Assembly: GCA_964354495.1 (NCBI GenBank)
Contig: CAYHAA010000008.1
Span: forward strand, 83,054 to 115,053
Length of the DNA: 32,000 nucleotides
Reading direction: 5' to 3'
Source: an uncultured archaeon
GTDB taxonomy: Archaea; Asgardarchaeota; Thorarchaeia; Thorarchaeales; Thorarchaeaceae
Shown: piece by piece, positions 15,810 through 25,766 of the stretch
Layout of the letters: each line of letters opens with the position of its first letter
Position numbering within the stretch: the first letter of the stretch is position 1
Notes under the pieces: model-generated
The model's input: only the letters and a program-made list of their open reading frames with translations
Told to the model about the DNA's origin: nothing
Databases searched by the model: none
Translations under genes and position numbers: made by a program

Positions 15810-18800
15810 ATGCAGAGTACGAAGCATGCCATAGTGGTACTTAGCGTGATCTTCATTTTCATGTTTGTAGTGTCTGACGTCTACACGGTTCAAGTCTGGT
15901 CCACTATGAAGGGGGCAGATCCCAACATACTTGAGAACGACACTGAGGCAGACATCGGCGCCCCAAGAGCAGCATTCTCACTTGCTAGCCTCGTGGAAGA
16001 GCTGATGTCAGTAACAACTGATACCAGAGATGCCGACATTGACGGACTTGTCGATTCAATCGAGGCCATCATTGGCACCAGTCCAATCAATAATGATAGC
16101 GACTATGATAGGGTACGAGATGATTTTGAGGTTTGGAATGGCACCGACCCATTGGAGCCTGACTCAAACTTCGATGGATTACCAGATTACTTTGAGCTGA
16201 AGGCAACAAATCCGGATGTCGATGGCGATGGAGTCGACAATGCTTGGGATTTTGATAATGACAATGATGGCGTCAATGACGCAGCTGACATATCTCCCTT
16301 CTGTTATTCTGCTGTGCAGGACAGCTTCCATATGGAGATCGTGACTGGCGGCAATCCCACATATGTCACTCTCCAACTAAGACCACGCGACCCGGCACAC
16401 CTCAAGTTGTTCTACCAATATTGGGATTGGCCTTACGACTCTCAGGGTTCTATGAAAGATATGGACTATTCAGAAGAGGACGTCAGAGCAATTCCACAAC
16501 TCAATATTGCTACTGACAGCTCTCTAAGTCAGTCAGCCGTGAGCGACTATGGAATGCTTGTGACGCCAACTGGCTTCCGTATTCCCCTGAATCCCATATG
16601 GGATAATGGTGATCTGCTAGCATTCGAGTGCAAGATATTCTTCCCGCAGTCTGCTCAGACGAGTTGGGCCATTGATATTGATATGTTTTGGAGAATTATG
16701 GGAAATACAGACATTGAGGCTGTAGCACTCGGTGCCAGCAATGGTATGTATGTAGTCCTTGGAGAAAACAATTCTGCAATCGCTGATGGTGATAATGCTC
16801 ACGCTGGAACTCTACAATGGATTGACTTGGGCGATGGTAATGTCTCAATCAAGACCTTCAATGGAGCATACCTGTCACTGGCAGACAATACTACAATTGG
16901 TGTTTCGTCCATCCTTGACGATAATGCTAGATTTGCAGTGACAGAAGTAGATGACGAAATCGCGCTCAAGGCAATCAATGGACTGTACATCACACTAAGC
17001 GAAGATAATCACCTTCTTGCTCAAGGCGATAACCTCTCTGAAGCAGAGAGATTTCATATTGTTGATTTAGGCTACCAATCAGAATGGACAACACTGGTCA
17101 CATACCCTGAACCATTCATGCTCGCTGGATTCACAGTCGAAGAGAACTTTGGCTCCAATCTCGGACTATTCTATAGCTCGAACAGGGATTGTATTATCGC
17201 AGCTGACATGGTGATGACATACGAGTTCATGAGGAATGCCACGAACCTGCTAACGGACCAGTCAGGTATCCTTGCTAACAACGGCATTGACGTGGATAGC
17301 CTCTCTTCATCATTCACGCATAGAGATGAGGCATTCAAGAGCATGAGTAATGACATGCTGCCCGATGTGCTTAGGTCCCTGCCCGATGGCGAAATTCTCC
17401 CAGTCATCATTGCAAACATCGACCGCTCACGAATTCTAGAGATGTCTGAGATTCTCTCTGGCGTGATGACGCTTGACGACTCGTTTTTCCTCAACGTCAC
17501 CAGATTCCCTGTTCTGACTGTCAGGACTCTCAAAACGAATTTCTATAATACATCCAGCTTCGGAGCTCTAGCGCTCGATGATGTTATGTCTGAAGTGGTC
17601 AGCTGGGGCCTAAGTGATACAGCAACTTTCAATATCCTGACCATGATGATGAAGTGGTTTAATGGAGAGCAACTCGTTACAAGCATCGATGATATTCCAT
17701 TGTCATTCGGAACGCCAGATGATGAATGCTTCAACATGGCACAGAATATCATAATTGGTAGTCTAGAAGCATTAGGCGGTCTCTCTGAAATAGTATGGAT
17801 CTGGAAAGCATTCAAAGAGATGAAGGTCCTAGAAAAAGGTGGCTTCGTGTTCAACTCAATAGTAAGGTCTCTTAAGACTGGGAGCACGAGCCTGATCGGA
17901 GCCTGGGCGAAGACGAGCACGAGCCTTGCGAAGATCAACAAGGGCTTCACAAAGGCTTTCAAATCGTTCCAAAAGGCCCTAATCGTAGCCGGGATTGTTC
18001 TCGACGTGGGCCTTTCAATCTATGCGGCTATACTGATTGCTGATAGCATTGGAGGTCGCTTAGGATCTGAGATTGGAGCCATATATGGTGTAGCGGGCGC
18101 TGCGTTCGCAGTTGTTGGCGCACTCCTTCTCTTTGCCATCGGGGAGATACCTTATGTGGGATGGCTAATTGCTTTGGGGCTTGTCCTTGCAGACTTGATT
18201 GGCGGCTACTCGGACAAGCTCATAGAATGGCTCACCGGAGCTATATTCGGTGATCAGGAGGATGTGCACAAAGTTGAGCTTGCTGATCCTGGGATTGAGG
18301 TTGTGAGACCACCATCAGCGACAACCATTGACCATGATGGGAACGGTCTTGATGTAGGAGATACAATCGAGATCATCGTGCGTTTCCGCGCAACAGTAGA
18401 GGACACAGTCAATAGTACAATTCCAGTGGACAGCTACATTAGACCATACATTCAGCTCTTCGTACCTCAGGGCGAGGTTTCATCTTCTGGATACCCTGCT
18501 GTAGATGACATGAAAGTGGAGAAGGGCGATTTCTGGAAATCAGAGACCTATGACACAGCTGCGTGGGCAACGCCCAGTCTGCCAATGGTGAATTTTCCAG
18601 TTCTGGTGTTGCTCAAGTATGATTACAGACTTCGTTATGATTGGCGACACTTAGTCATGGGCATGGCATACTGCGATCATACAGACTGGGAGGAGGGCTC
18701 TGGTGTCGAACAACTGACTAGATATCACTTCGATATCATGCCACAGACAATTGATGACTTTGTGAGATGGGGCGGAATCAGGTTGCTTGACTCTGATGCA

Positions 18801-21800
18801 GATGAGTTGAAGGACTCTGAAGAGTCCTCAACAGATGTATGGAAGTACGATTCAGATGGGGACAGCCTTCGAGACAAGTACGAAATCGACTACGGCCTGG
18901 ACCCGAATAATTTCGATAGTGACGAGGATGGGCTCAGCGATAAATGGGAGCTTGTCTATGGCACTAATGCGACAATGCGTGATAGTGATGTTGACGGACT
19001 TCCAGACTATGCTGAAATTGCCGGCTGGAACATCGAGTTCAACTACACTCAGACCGAAGGTTCCGTGATTATTCCATTCACTACTCACATGTACTCGGAT
19101 CCACGGAACAATGACAGTGATGCGGATGGGATCAATGACTTCATAGAATACCAGAGTGGTCTCAATCCCCAATCAAAAGACACTGATGGCGACTCTGTCT
19201 TTGATCAACCTGCTCCAGAGACCGAGACGCTGGTAGAGGAAATCTGGCAAAGGTCTGTAGGACCCACAAACGGCTTCGACGTTGACTACTGGGGCAACAT
19301 ACATTGCGGCTACGCATCGACCTCAGGCTCATCGATCTGGAAATTCAACCCAGGTGGGGAGGCCATCCTTAATTATGGCGCTGGGGAACTCACTCTACCA
19401 ATGGCTCTAGCTACGGGAAATCAAGACACTGTCTATGTTCAGGACTGGAATATCCCCTCGATCATCCCCAAAATCTCTTTGCCCACTTATACTAACAGCA
19501 TCTACCCGGCTATTGCCCTTACTCGAGATGGTAGTAGACTGGCAGTTGGCTCAAGGTATGATGATACGGTTTGGATCTATAATCGGGTCGGTTCAGAGTG
19601 GATCCTAGAGAGCACGCTTTTTTCAACAGCAGGTTCTGAGAACTTTGGGTGTTCTCTTGCATTCAGTGCGGATGGAAACACACTTGTTGTTGGAGCGCAT
19701 TTGCGTGATGTTGCTTCGTTCAGTAATGGAGCCGCATATGTCTATACCAGATCTGGAACCGAATGGACTCTGAATTCTTTCCTCTCTGTATCAGACGCAC
19801 ACACATACCACTTCGGCTATGCAGTGGCAATTGCTGGCTCAGGAAGTATAGTTGTGGTCGGTCAGGAACGAAATATCTACATCTATGTCTATCAGAATGG
19901 GGGATATACCTTCTGTCGGAGATACACGGTTCCAACCACGAACAGAATTGTATCCTCTATAGCTGTCAGTGATAATGGCGCTAAGATCGCAGTGGGTGCA
20001 GAGTACCTCTATTCTGGTTCTTCTGAAGAGGCAAAGGTCTTTGTCTATGAGTACAACGGAGCAGTAGCTCAGTGGATACCTTATGAGCTGACGAGTGCAG
20101 ATAGAGTCGCTGGAGACCAGTTTGGTCATGATGTTTCAATCGATAGCTCGGGCAGCATCATAGCTGCTGGCGCGCCGCACTATTCTGACCAGGGAAAAGG
20201 ACCTGGATCAGTATACATCTTCACAAAGGATGCCACATCCAATCCATGGTCACAGTCACAGATAGAAAGAACAAGACTAACAGATCCAACCGGTCGTACA
20301 GACTATTGTTTTGGGTTTTCAGTGAGGCTCAATCCAGTCGGTGATCATGTTCTAATTGGTTCACCAGGAAGAGGAAGAGGCGCAATGTTCGTCTTTGAAG
20401 AGTGTGACTCCACATGGGTGCCGCTCTCCTGGATAGATCCAATATTGGAGTCTGCGCACGGCAATTTTGGTTATTCTGTGGCAATCGATTCTACAGCGAG
20501 CCGATTGATGGGAGCTGCCATTCAGACTGATATAACTCAACCAATGCCTGTCTTTGAGTTCTCAACTGCCCCTGACCGGATAGTACGCTTTGATTCCGAT
20601 GGGACAAATGCAGGAGTGTTCCTTCCCAGTCTAGCATGGGGATATTCTGCTTGGTATACGTCAGTATTTGGCATGACATCAGATTCGGATGGCTACTTGT
20701 ACGTGTCATACGATGATACGGTCATTGCGGGCATCCGAAAATACGCTCCCTCTGGTGAGTTGGTTAGCTTCATCGGTGGTGGCTGGCTTTCTCGTCCATA
20801 CGGTATGGCCATTGATAATGATGGAAATATCTACGTGGCTGATAGGGGGAACAACGATGTTCTGAAGTTCTCCCCTGCTGGAGAACTGATGCCAACACCT
20901 TGGTCTGGATTCTCGGAACCTAGAGCCGTGGATGTGGACTCAGAAGGCAATATCTACGTCGCTGACACAGGAAACAATCGTGTGCTTGTGTTTGATGAAA
21001 ATGGAATCCCTGTTACGTCATTCTCTTTCCCTTCGCCTATGGCGCTAAGACTGGACGACGATGGCAATCTGTATGTCGCAACTTGGGACAGACTTGCAAG
21101 GTACAGAGTCTATGAAGTATACGTTGAGATCGAACCACCAAGCGAATCCATTGACTGGGACGAGGACGGACTCATCAACGACGTAGAAACTGCAGGCTGG
21201 GACATAGTCTACGTGACCTCTGATGGAACCTGGTTCGCTCATGTTGATAGCAGTCCGAATCAGGAAGATACTGATCTTGATGGGCTCTCCGACCTACAAG
21301 AATGGGAGCTGGGTAGTAATCCACGATTGGGGGACACCGACAAGGATGGGTTGGATGACCACTTCGAATGGTCAAATGGCCTAAACATTACAGACTTCGA
21401 TACCGATGGAGAAATGCTGGATGATGGTACAGAGTTGACCTTTGGTAGCAGTCCTCTTCTACGAGATACAGACTTTGATGGCACAGATGACCACATCGAG
21501 TTCTTACACGGCACCAATCCACTGGCGATTGACACTGATCGTGATGATGCGAATGACACTGAGGAATTGAGGGTTGGGTCAGAGCCGCTCTCACCCGACT
21601 CAGACAGTGACTTTGTCTTTGATGGTGCTGAACTTGACCAAGGCACAGATCCTGTCAATGGTGATAGTGATGCGGACTTCATCGAAGATGGTCTAGAAGG
21701 CATCATGGGCACTAACCCACTCTCTAATGATACAGATGGGGACAATGTGACGGATTTCGTGGAGATTGCTCTGGGTCTCAATCCTGTATCAAATGACACA

Positions 21801-23309
21801 GACGGAGATAATATCCCGGACAATGTTGAGCTGATAGGGGGTACGAACCCTCGGAGCAATGACACAGACAATGATGGCATTCCAGATGGTCTTGACTCAG
21901 ACTCACTATCCGATATCTCCGGTCGAATAATCCTCGTCTGTGATGACCTCAGTGACCCAGAAGTTGCGGCATTTGTTGACAACGTAATGGAATATCACAA
22001 TGCAATCATTACGGATAGAGAAGGCCTTCTGGCCAACTATACAGATGACCCCTGGATTGTATTGATAGGAGCGCCCTCGCCCGATAATGAAACCGTGGGC
22101 AATCTCATTTTCACTCTGTTAGAAGACTCTCCGGATGTGTTGCAAGCCATGATAGAATCCGGTGGGAACCACATCGCTGTAAGATATGGAGTATGGAATG
22201 AGACTCAGACGGTCGTCATGCTCTCACAGGTGACGCCTCAAGATGTCTATCCTGTTCTTCAAGCATTAAAGGAGAAGAACGTCACCCTGAATGGGGACAC
22301 TATCATTGTTGAGTTTCCATTACTCACTAATACAGAGCATATTGTGAACATCTTTCTGCAACTTGATGACATTGACGTAGTGAAGACGACCGATTCAATG
22401 GCAATGGTGGCGTTCACAGAACCGGTACAACCGACATTCATTATGAGAGCCTATAATGAGTCTACGACTCCCTCTCAGCTAACAGATGCAACTGGGTTGG
22501 AAACTTACAGTGAACCTATGGGCAAGTATCTTGAGATCGACCTGAGTATTGAGGGGTCTGGTGATGCACCGGTTGACTCAGCGATAATAAGGATTTACTA
22601 CAGGGAATCCGAGCTTGACCGAACCGGCGATGAACTGGCAACTGATATTGAGGACCTCAATGAGACCACTCTTGCTCTCTACTTCTATGATGAGGCTGCT
22701 GGACTGTGGATCAGACTCCATGAGGGTCTTGATTGGGTCATAGCCACTGGTGTGAACACCACTGATGTGTATCTCTATGGCGAAGTCTATGCTGGATATG
22801 TCTGGGCGCATGTGCGACACCTCTCACTGTACAGCATCGCTGGCATGACGCACAATCGTCCCCCCGATGTCTCAGGCGCGTATCCGAGCATCGAGTTCCT
22901 CTGGCCGCCGAACGGAAGATTCGCCGGTATAACGATAGAGGGTGTCTTTGACCCAGATGGTGACAATGTGACCATCACGATACTGAACATAACAAGTGAT
23001 GAGTCTGTTGGATGTCGCCCAGATGCATATGGGGTGGGCACTGATACCGCTTGGCTTCGAGCTGAGAGAGATGGACGTGGCAATGGTAGGGTCTACGAGA
23101 TCACTTTCTTGGCCTCTGATGGGCGAGGAGGTGAAACAGTGAGTTCAGTGTTCGTCTATGTACCGCACCACAGGCACAGATGTGGCTTTGTGATACCCAT
23201 AGATGACGGACAGAACTACGACGCCACTCAAGGATGGCGTCCCATACACTGGCGATGGTGGCACTGCTTTGGCTTCCGGCATTGTCATGGCTGTCATAGA
23301 CTCAGGTAG
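15810..23309 (+). CDS. Giant (2499 aa) secreted/surface multidomain protein: Ca-binding DxDxDG (TSP3-like) repeats, fascin/beta-trefoil-like region, hydrophobic hairpin, FG-GAP-like and NHL propellers, C-terminal beta-sandwich domains
   Basis: N-terminal hydrophobic signal/anchor after GAGGGAGAG RBS. Three blocks of D-x-D-x-D-G-L-x-D-x-x-E...G-T-x-P repeats, FG-x-S-V-A-I repeats, P-x-G-x-A-x-D-x-x-G-N-I-Y-V-A-D NHL repeats, LWPPN...LRAERDGRGNGRVYEITF domain, and many NxS/T sequons. Confidence 0.9.
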   Translation: MQSTKHAIVVLSVIFIFMFVVSDVYTVQVWSTMKGADPNILENDTEADIGAPRAAFSLASLVEELMSVTTDTRDADIDGLVDSIEAIIGTSPINNDSDYDRVRDDFEVWNGTDPLEPDSNFDGLPDYFELKATNPDVDGDGVDNAWDFDNDNDGVNDAADISPFCYSAVQDSFHMEIVTGGNPTYVTLQLRPRDPAHLKLFYQYWDWPYDSQGSMKDMDYSEEDVRAIPQLNIATDSSLSQSAVSDYGMLVTPTGFRIPLNPIWDNGDLLAFECKIFFPQSAQTSWAIDIDMFWRIMGNTDIEAVALGASNGMYVVLGENNSAIADGDNAHAGTLQWIDLGDGNVSIKTFNGAYLSLADNTTIGVSSILDDNARFAVTEVDDEIALKAINGLYITLSEDNHLLAQGDNLSEAERFHIVDLGYQSEWTTLVTYPEPFMLAGFTVEENFGSNLGLFYSSNRDCIIAADMVMTYEFMRNATNLLTDQSGILANNGIDVDSLSSSFTHRDEAFKSMSNDMLPDVLRSLPDGEILPVIIANIDRSRILEMSEILSGVMTLDDSFFLNVTRFPVLTVRTLKTNFYNTSSFGALALDDVMSEVVSWGLSDTATFNILTMMMKWFNGEQLVTSIDDIPLSFGTPDDECFNMAQNIIIGSLEALGGLSEIVWIWKAFKEMKVLEKGGFVFNSIVRSLKTGSTSLIGAWAKTSTSLAKINKGFTKAFKSFQKALIVAGIVLDVGLSIYAAILIADSIGGRLGSEIGAIYGVAGAAFAVVGALLLFAIGEIPYVGWLIALGLVLADLIGGYSDKLIEWLTGAIFGDQEDVHKVELADPGIEVVRPPSATTIDHDGNGLDVGDTIEIIVRFRATVEDTVNSTIPVDSYIRPYIQLFVPQGEVSSSGYPAVDDMKVEKGDFWKSETYDTAAWATPSLPMVNFPVLVLLKYDYRLRYDWRHLVMGMAYCDHTDWEEGSGVEQLTRYHFDIMPQTIDDFVRWGGIRLLDSDADELKDSEESSTDVWKYDSDGDSLRDKYEIDYGLDPNNFDSDEDGLSDKWELVYGTNATMRDSDVDGLPDYAEIAGWNIEFNYTQTEGSVIIPFTTHMYSDPRNNDSDADGINDFIEYQSGLNPQSKDTDGDSVFDQPAPETETLVEEIWQRSVGPTNGFDVDYWGNIHCGYASTSGSSIWKFNPGGEAILNYGAGELTLPMALATGNQDTVYVQDWNIPSIIPKISLPTYTNSIYPAIALTRDGSRLAVGSRYDDTVWIYNRVGSEWILESTLFSTAGSENFGCSLAFSADGNTLVVGAHLRDVASFSNGAAYVYTRSGTEWTLNSFLSVSDAHTYHFGYAVAIAGSGSIVVVGQERNIYIYVYQNGGYTFCRRYTVPTTNRIVSSIAVSDNGAKIAVGAEYLYSGSSEEAKVFVYEYNGAVAQWIPYELTSADRVAGDQFGHDVSIDSSGSIIAAGAPHYSDQGKGPGSVYIFTKDATSNPWSQSQIERTRLTDPTGRTDYCFGFSVRLNPVGDHVLIGSPGRGRGAMFVFEECDSTWVPLSWIDPILESAHGNFGYSVAIDSTASRLMGAAIQTDITQPMPVFEFSTAPDRIVRFDSDGTNAGVFLPSLAWGYSAWYTSVFGMTSDSDGYLYVSYDDTVIAGIRKYAPSGELVSFIGGGWLSRPYGMAIDNDGNIYVADRGNNDVLKFSPAGELMPTPWSGFSEPRAVDVDSEGNIYVADTGNNRVLVFDENGIPVTSFSFPSPMALRLDDDGNLYVATWDRLARYRVYEVYVEIEPPSESIDWDEDGLINDVETAGWDIVYVTSDGTWFAHVDSSPNQEDTDLDGLSDLQEWELGSNPRLGDTDKDGLDDHFEWSNGLNITDFDTDGEMLDDGTELTFGSSPLLRDTDFDGTDDHIEFLHGTNPLAIDTDRDDANDTEELRVGSEPLSPDSDSDFVFDGAELDQGTDPVNGDSDADFIEDGLEGIMGTNPLSNDTDGDNVTDFVEIALGLNPVSNDTDGDNIPDNVELIGGTNPRSNDTDNDGIPDGLDSDSLSDISGRIILVCDDLSDPEVAAFVDNVMEYHNAIITDREGLLANYTDDPWIVLIGAPSPDNETVGNLIFTLLEDSPDVLQAMIESGGNHIAVRYGVWNETQTVVMLSQVTPQDVYPVLQALKEKNVTLNGDTIIVEFPLLTNTEHIVNIFLQLDDIDVVKTTDSMAMVAFTEPVQPTFIMRAYNESTTPSQLTDATGLETYSEPMGKYLEIDLSIEGSGDAPVDSAIIRIYYRESELDRTGDELATDIEDLNETTLALYFYDEAAGLWIRLHEGLDWVIATGVNTTDVYLYGEVYAGYVWAHVRHLSLYSIAGMTHNRPPDVSGAYPSIEFLWPPNGRFAGITIEGVFDPDGDNVTITILNITSDESVGCRPDAYGVGTDTAWLRAERDGRGNGRVYEITFLASDGRGGETVSSVFVYVPHHRHRCGFVIPIDDGQNYDATQGWRPIHWRWWHCFGFRHCHGCHRLR

Positions 23310-23328
23310 AGGGTAGACCCGCTCTCTA
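23307..23328 (+). terminator. Possible hairpin at the end of the giant gene
   Basis: TAGAG-GGTAGACCCGCT-CTCTA overlapping the stop codon; imperfect stem. Confidence 0.25.
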
Positions 23329-23458
23329 TCTGAATAGAAGGACTTTCGTCTCTCAAGATACAGACCCGGTTGACAACAAAGAAGATATGGTGGGACGCTG
23401 TATCTCTTCATCGCCATGCACAACGTCTTGGATGTTATGGCATAGAGGATGTGAAAGA

Positions 23459-24325
23459 ATGGGTAAGCTGGAAGATAGAGTGAGTGTGATAACTGGTGGT
23501 GCTAGTGGCATTGGAGAAGCAATAGTACGTCTATTCGCGAAAGAAGGTTCTCGGGTGGTCGTCGCTGACATCCAAGATGAGCCTGGTCAGAGACTCGCTA
23601 AGAGCCTTGGAAAGAAGGCCACCTTCATACACACTGATGTCAGCTTGGAAGACAACGTCAAGGGTATGATTGATTATGCTGTAGCCTCCTATGGTCGTCT
23701 GGACTGTGTTGTCAACAATGCAGGCATAGGTGGTGTTGAAGGGGAAATCGAGTCCATACCTGTCACAGGATTTGATAGGACAATGACTATTCTGCTTCGT
23801 GGAGTGTTCTTGGGGATGAAACACGCAGCGCCGGTCATGAAACGACAAGGTAGGGGGAACATCATAAACATCGCCAGCATAGCTGGTCTGCGTGGCATAT
23901 CCCAAAATCACCCATATAGTGCAGCTAAGGCGGCCGTTATCCAGCTGACTCGTACGGTGGCGATGGAGCTGGCGCAGCACCAGATACGCGTGAACTGTAT
24001 CTGCCCGGGCATGATTGTGACCTCCATATTTGGTAACACCAAGGGAATGTCTGGTCCGGATATTGCCCGCACAAAGGAGAATCTGAATCGTCTCTTCGAA
24101 AAAATGCAACCCATTCAGCGGACTGGTCTTCCAGAGGACGTAGCCAATGCTGCGCTCTGGCTAGCAGGCGACGACTCGAGCTTTGTCACTGGACATGCAT
24201 TGGTTGTGGATGGAGGTACAAGTGCTGGGCAAATGTGGTCCTCCCAGATGAAGTACAAGGCAAAGATAGAGTCCGCTCTTGGACTGGAGCCTTCTGAGCA
24301 GATGCCAATCACAAAGAAAGAGTGA
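23459..24325 (+). CDS. Short-chain dehydrogenase/reductase (SDR)
   Basis: VITGGASGIG, VNNAG, NIASIAG, YSAAK, RVNCICPG, VVDGG. Start placed at MGKLEDR (23459). Confidence 0.95.
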   Translation: MGKLEDRVSVITGGASGIGEAIVRLFAKEGSRVVVADIQDEPGQRLAKSLGKKATFIHTDVSLEDNVKGMIDYAVASYGRLDCVVNNAGIGGVEGEIESIPVTGFDRTMTILLRGVFLGMKHAAPVMKRQGRGNIINIASIAGLRGISQNHPYSAAKAAVIQLTRTVAMELAQHQIRVNCICPGMIVTSIFGNTKGMSGPDIARTKENLNRLFEKMQPIQRTGLPEDVANAALWLAGDDSSFVTGHALVVDGGTSAGQMWSSQMKYKAKIESALGLEPSEQMPITKKE

Positions 24326-24327
24326 GG

Positions 24328-24360
24328 GAGAGAGGCAGTCCCTCTCTCAATTGAAAACTC
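24328..24360. repeat. Repeat family B hairpin half (GAGAGAGG-CAGTC-CCTCTCTC-AATTGAAAACTC) between convergent genes; may act as a terminator
   Basis: Same 8-bp stem as at 4711 and 25375 with a different loop. Confidence 0.6.
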
Positions 24361-24398
24361 GTGAGAATGCACTAGCAGATCTCATCAGTCTTGCAGTA

Positions 24399-25271
24399 TC
24401 ATTCAATGAACTCGGCAATTCCATTGACCAATACTGGAATGCCTTTTTCATCCCTCGTCTCAAAGTGCACGACATGGATTCCATTCTCTTTGATTCCTGC
24501 ATCGTAGACCTCTGTCACTAGACTCTGGTTCAGAAGAACAGGCCTTGAGAAGCGGACCTCCATGCTCTTCAACCGCGTTGGATCACCACCTAGGAGTTCA
24601 TCCACAAGCACCTGTGAGGCGAGAGCCATAGTGCATAATCCCTGGAGAATTGCACTGGGAAGTCCCGCACTTCTGGCAATCTCATCACTTATGTGAATTG
24701 GATTATGGTCTCCGGAAGCCTCAGCATACCTTGCTCCCTGGTCCTTCGTGACCACTGCCTTCTTCCTCGCAAGCACTTTTCCTCTCTCAACAACCTGAGC
24801 GCTCTCTCGGGCCTTCTCATCTGTTGTTGCCTTTTTTCCTCTGGCCAACAATCGATACTTTATCTCAACTACAATGCTCTTTCCTCGCTTGCAATGAATC
24901 TGCAGGTCTAGGATGTCGTTGACTCCGCGTTGCTCCATGTTGATGATCTTTGCAGTGGTGCGGATTGAATCTCCTGGGTGTATAGCTGCTCTCCATGACA
25001 TCTTATGTTCTGCATGAACCACCCTCAGGATGTCAAGGTCTATATCTTCTGCATCATTCACTAGTTGGCTAAGGATTCCTGGTAAGAACACGACAGGATA
25101 GAGAGGAGGTGGAACAAGTTTAGCGTGGGGACCTGTACTTAGATAACGTGGGTTCTTCTCATTAGTCGCTAGAGCATATTGCCGAATACTCTCGGGTTCC
25201 ACGAGTTGAGATTCAGTACGGTACTCCTTTCCCAGAAAATCTCTGTTCAGTGTCACAATCTCATCAGACAA
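24399..25271 (-). CDS. Double hot-dog MaoC-family dehydratase (R-specific enoyl-CoA hydratase-like)
   Basis: N-terminal IRQYALATNEKNP...LRVVHAEH and C-terminal YAEASGDHNPIHISDEIARSAGLPSAILQGLCTM, VRFSRPV. Confidence 0.88.
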   Translation of the reverse strand: MSDEIVTLNRDFLGKEYRTESQLVEPESIRQYALATNEKNPRYLSTGPHAKLVPPPLYPVVFLPGILSQLVNDAEDIDLDILRVVHAEHKMSWRAAIHPGDSIRTTAKIINMEQRGVNDILDLQIHCKRGKSIVVEIKYRLLARGKKATTDEKARESAQVVERGKVLARKKAVVTKDQGARYAEASGDHNPIHISDEIARSAGLPSAILQGLCTMALASQVLVDELLGGDPTRLKSMEVRFSRPVLLNQSLVTEVYDAGIKENGIHVVHFETRDEKGIPVLVNGIAEFIE

Positions 25272-25374
25272 GGCCGCGTCTCCTGATTCGTACAGAATGC
25301 CAGTCGCAAAGTTGTGGCAATACGTGTCGCCTGTTGTGTGATGTTTGTAATTAGTCTATTCATTTATCATGTGA

Positions 25375-25428
25375 GAGAGAGGATACGAACCTCTCTCGAT
25401 TTGAAATTGAGACTACATCTGTTTCTCT
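25375..25428. repeat. Intergenic repeat family B, full copy overlapping the 3' end of the TPR ORF
   Basis: GAGAGAGG-ATACGAA-CCTCTCTC-GATTTGAAATTGAG-ACTACATCTGTTTCTCT. Confidence 0.7.
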
Positions 25429-25691
25429 ATCAGTGGGATAGGGTAGTTTGGATTGAGGGAGGTAGCAGTATCTAGGAGAGCAAGGGCTTCAATTGTGTCT
25501 GGATTTTTCTTACCCGGGTCCTCCTGTTTTTGCATCAGTGCTATAGCCAATGTGATATGACCATTGACATGATTTGAATTCTTCTCAATTAGGAGTCTTA
25601 GTGCATCGATTGCTTCTCTATTTCTACCTTCAGCTAACATCCTTGCTGCTGCTTAATAGATTTGGTTTCGTGGATGTCTAAAGAGAGGCAT
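25413..25691 (-). pseudogene. TPR-repeat protein remnant
   Basis: ATG 25691 gives MPLFRHPRNQIY*AAARMLAEGRNREAIDALR... with an in-frame TAA at 25653-25655. TPR-like ...ALALLDTATSLNPNYPIP ends abruptly in repeat-derived IEKQM*. Confidence 0.55.
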
Positions 25692-25766
25692 CAGAAATCA
25701 CAATGAGAAATACGTGAAACAACTCTTAAGTCATCACCTACTTGTACAGATTCAGGTGAAAGGATC

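Noticed and set aside
21260-21982. 240-aa Ser-rich antisense ORF
   Set aside because: Antisense shadow of the Asp-rich repeats of the giant protein (GAT/GAC codons read as Ser/Val/Ile on the other strand).
23531-24109. 192-aa antisense ORF over the SDR gene
   Set aside because: Long antisense frames are common opposite SDR genes; no motif.
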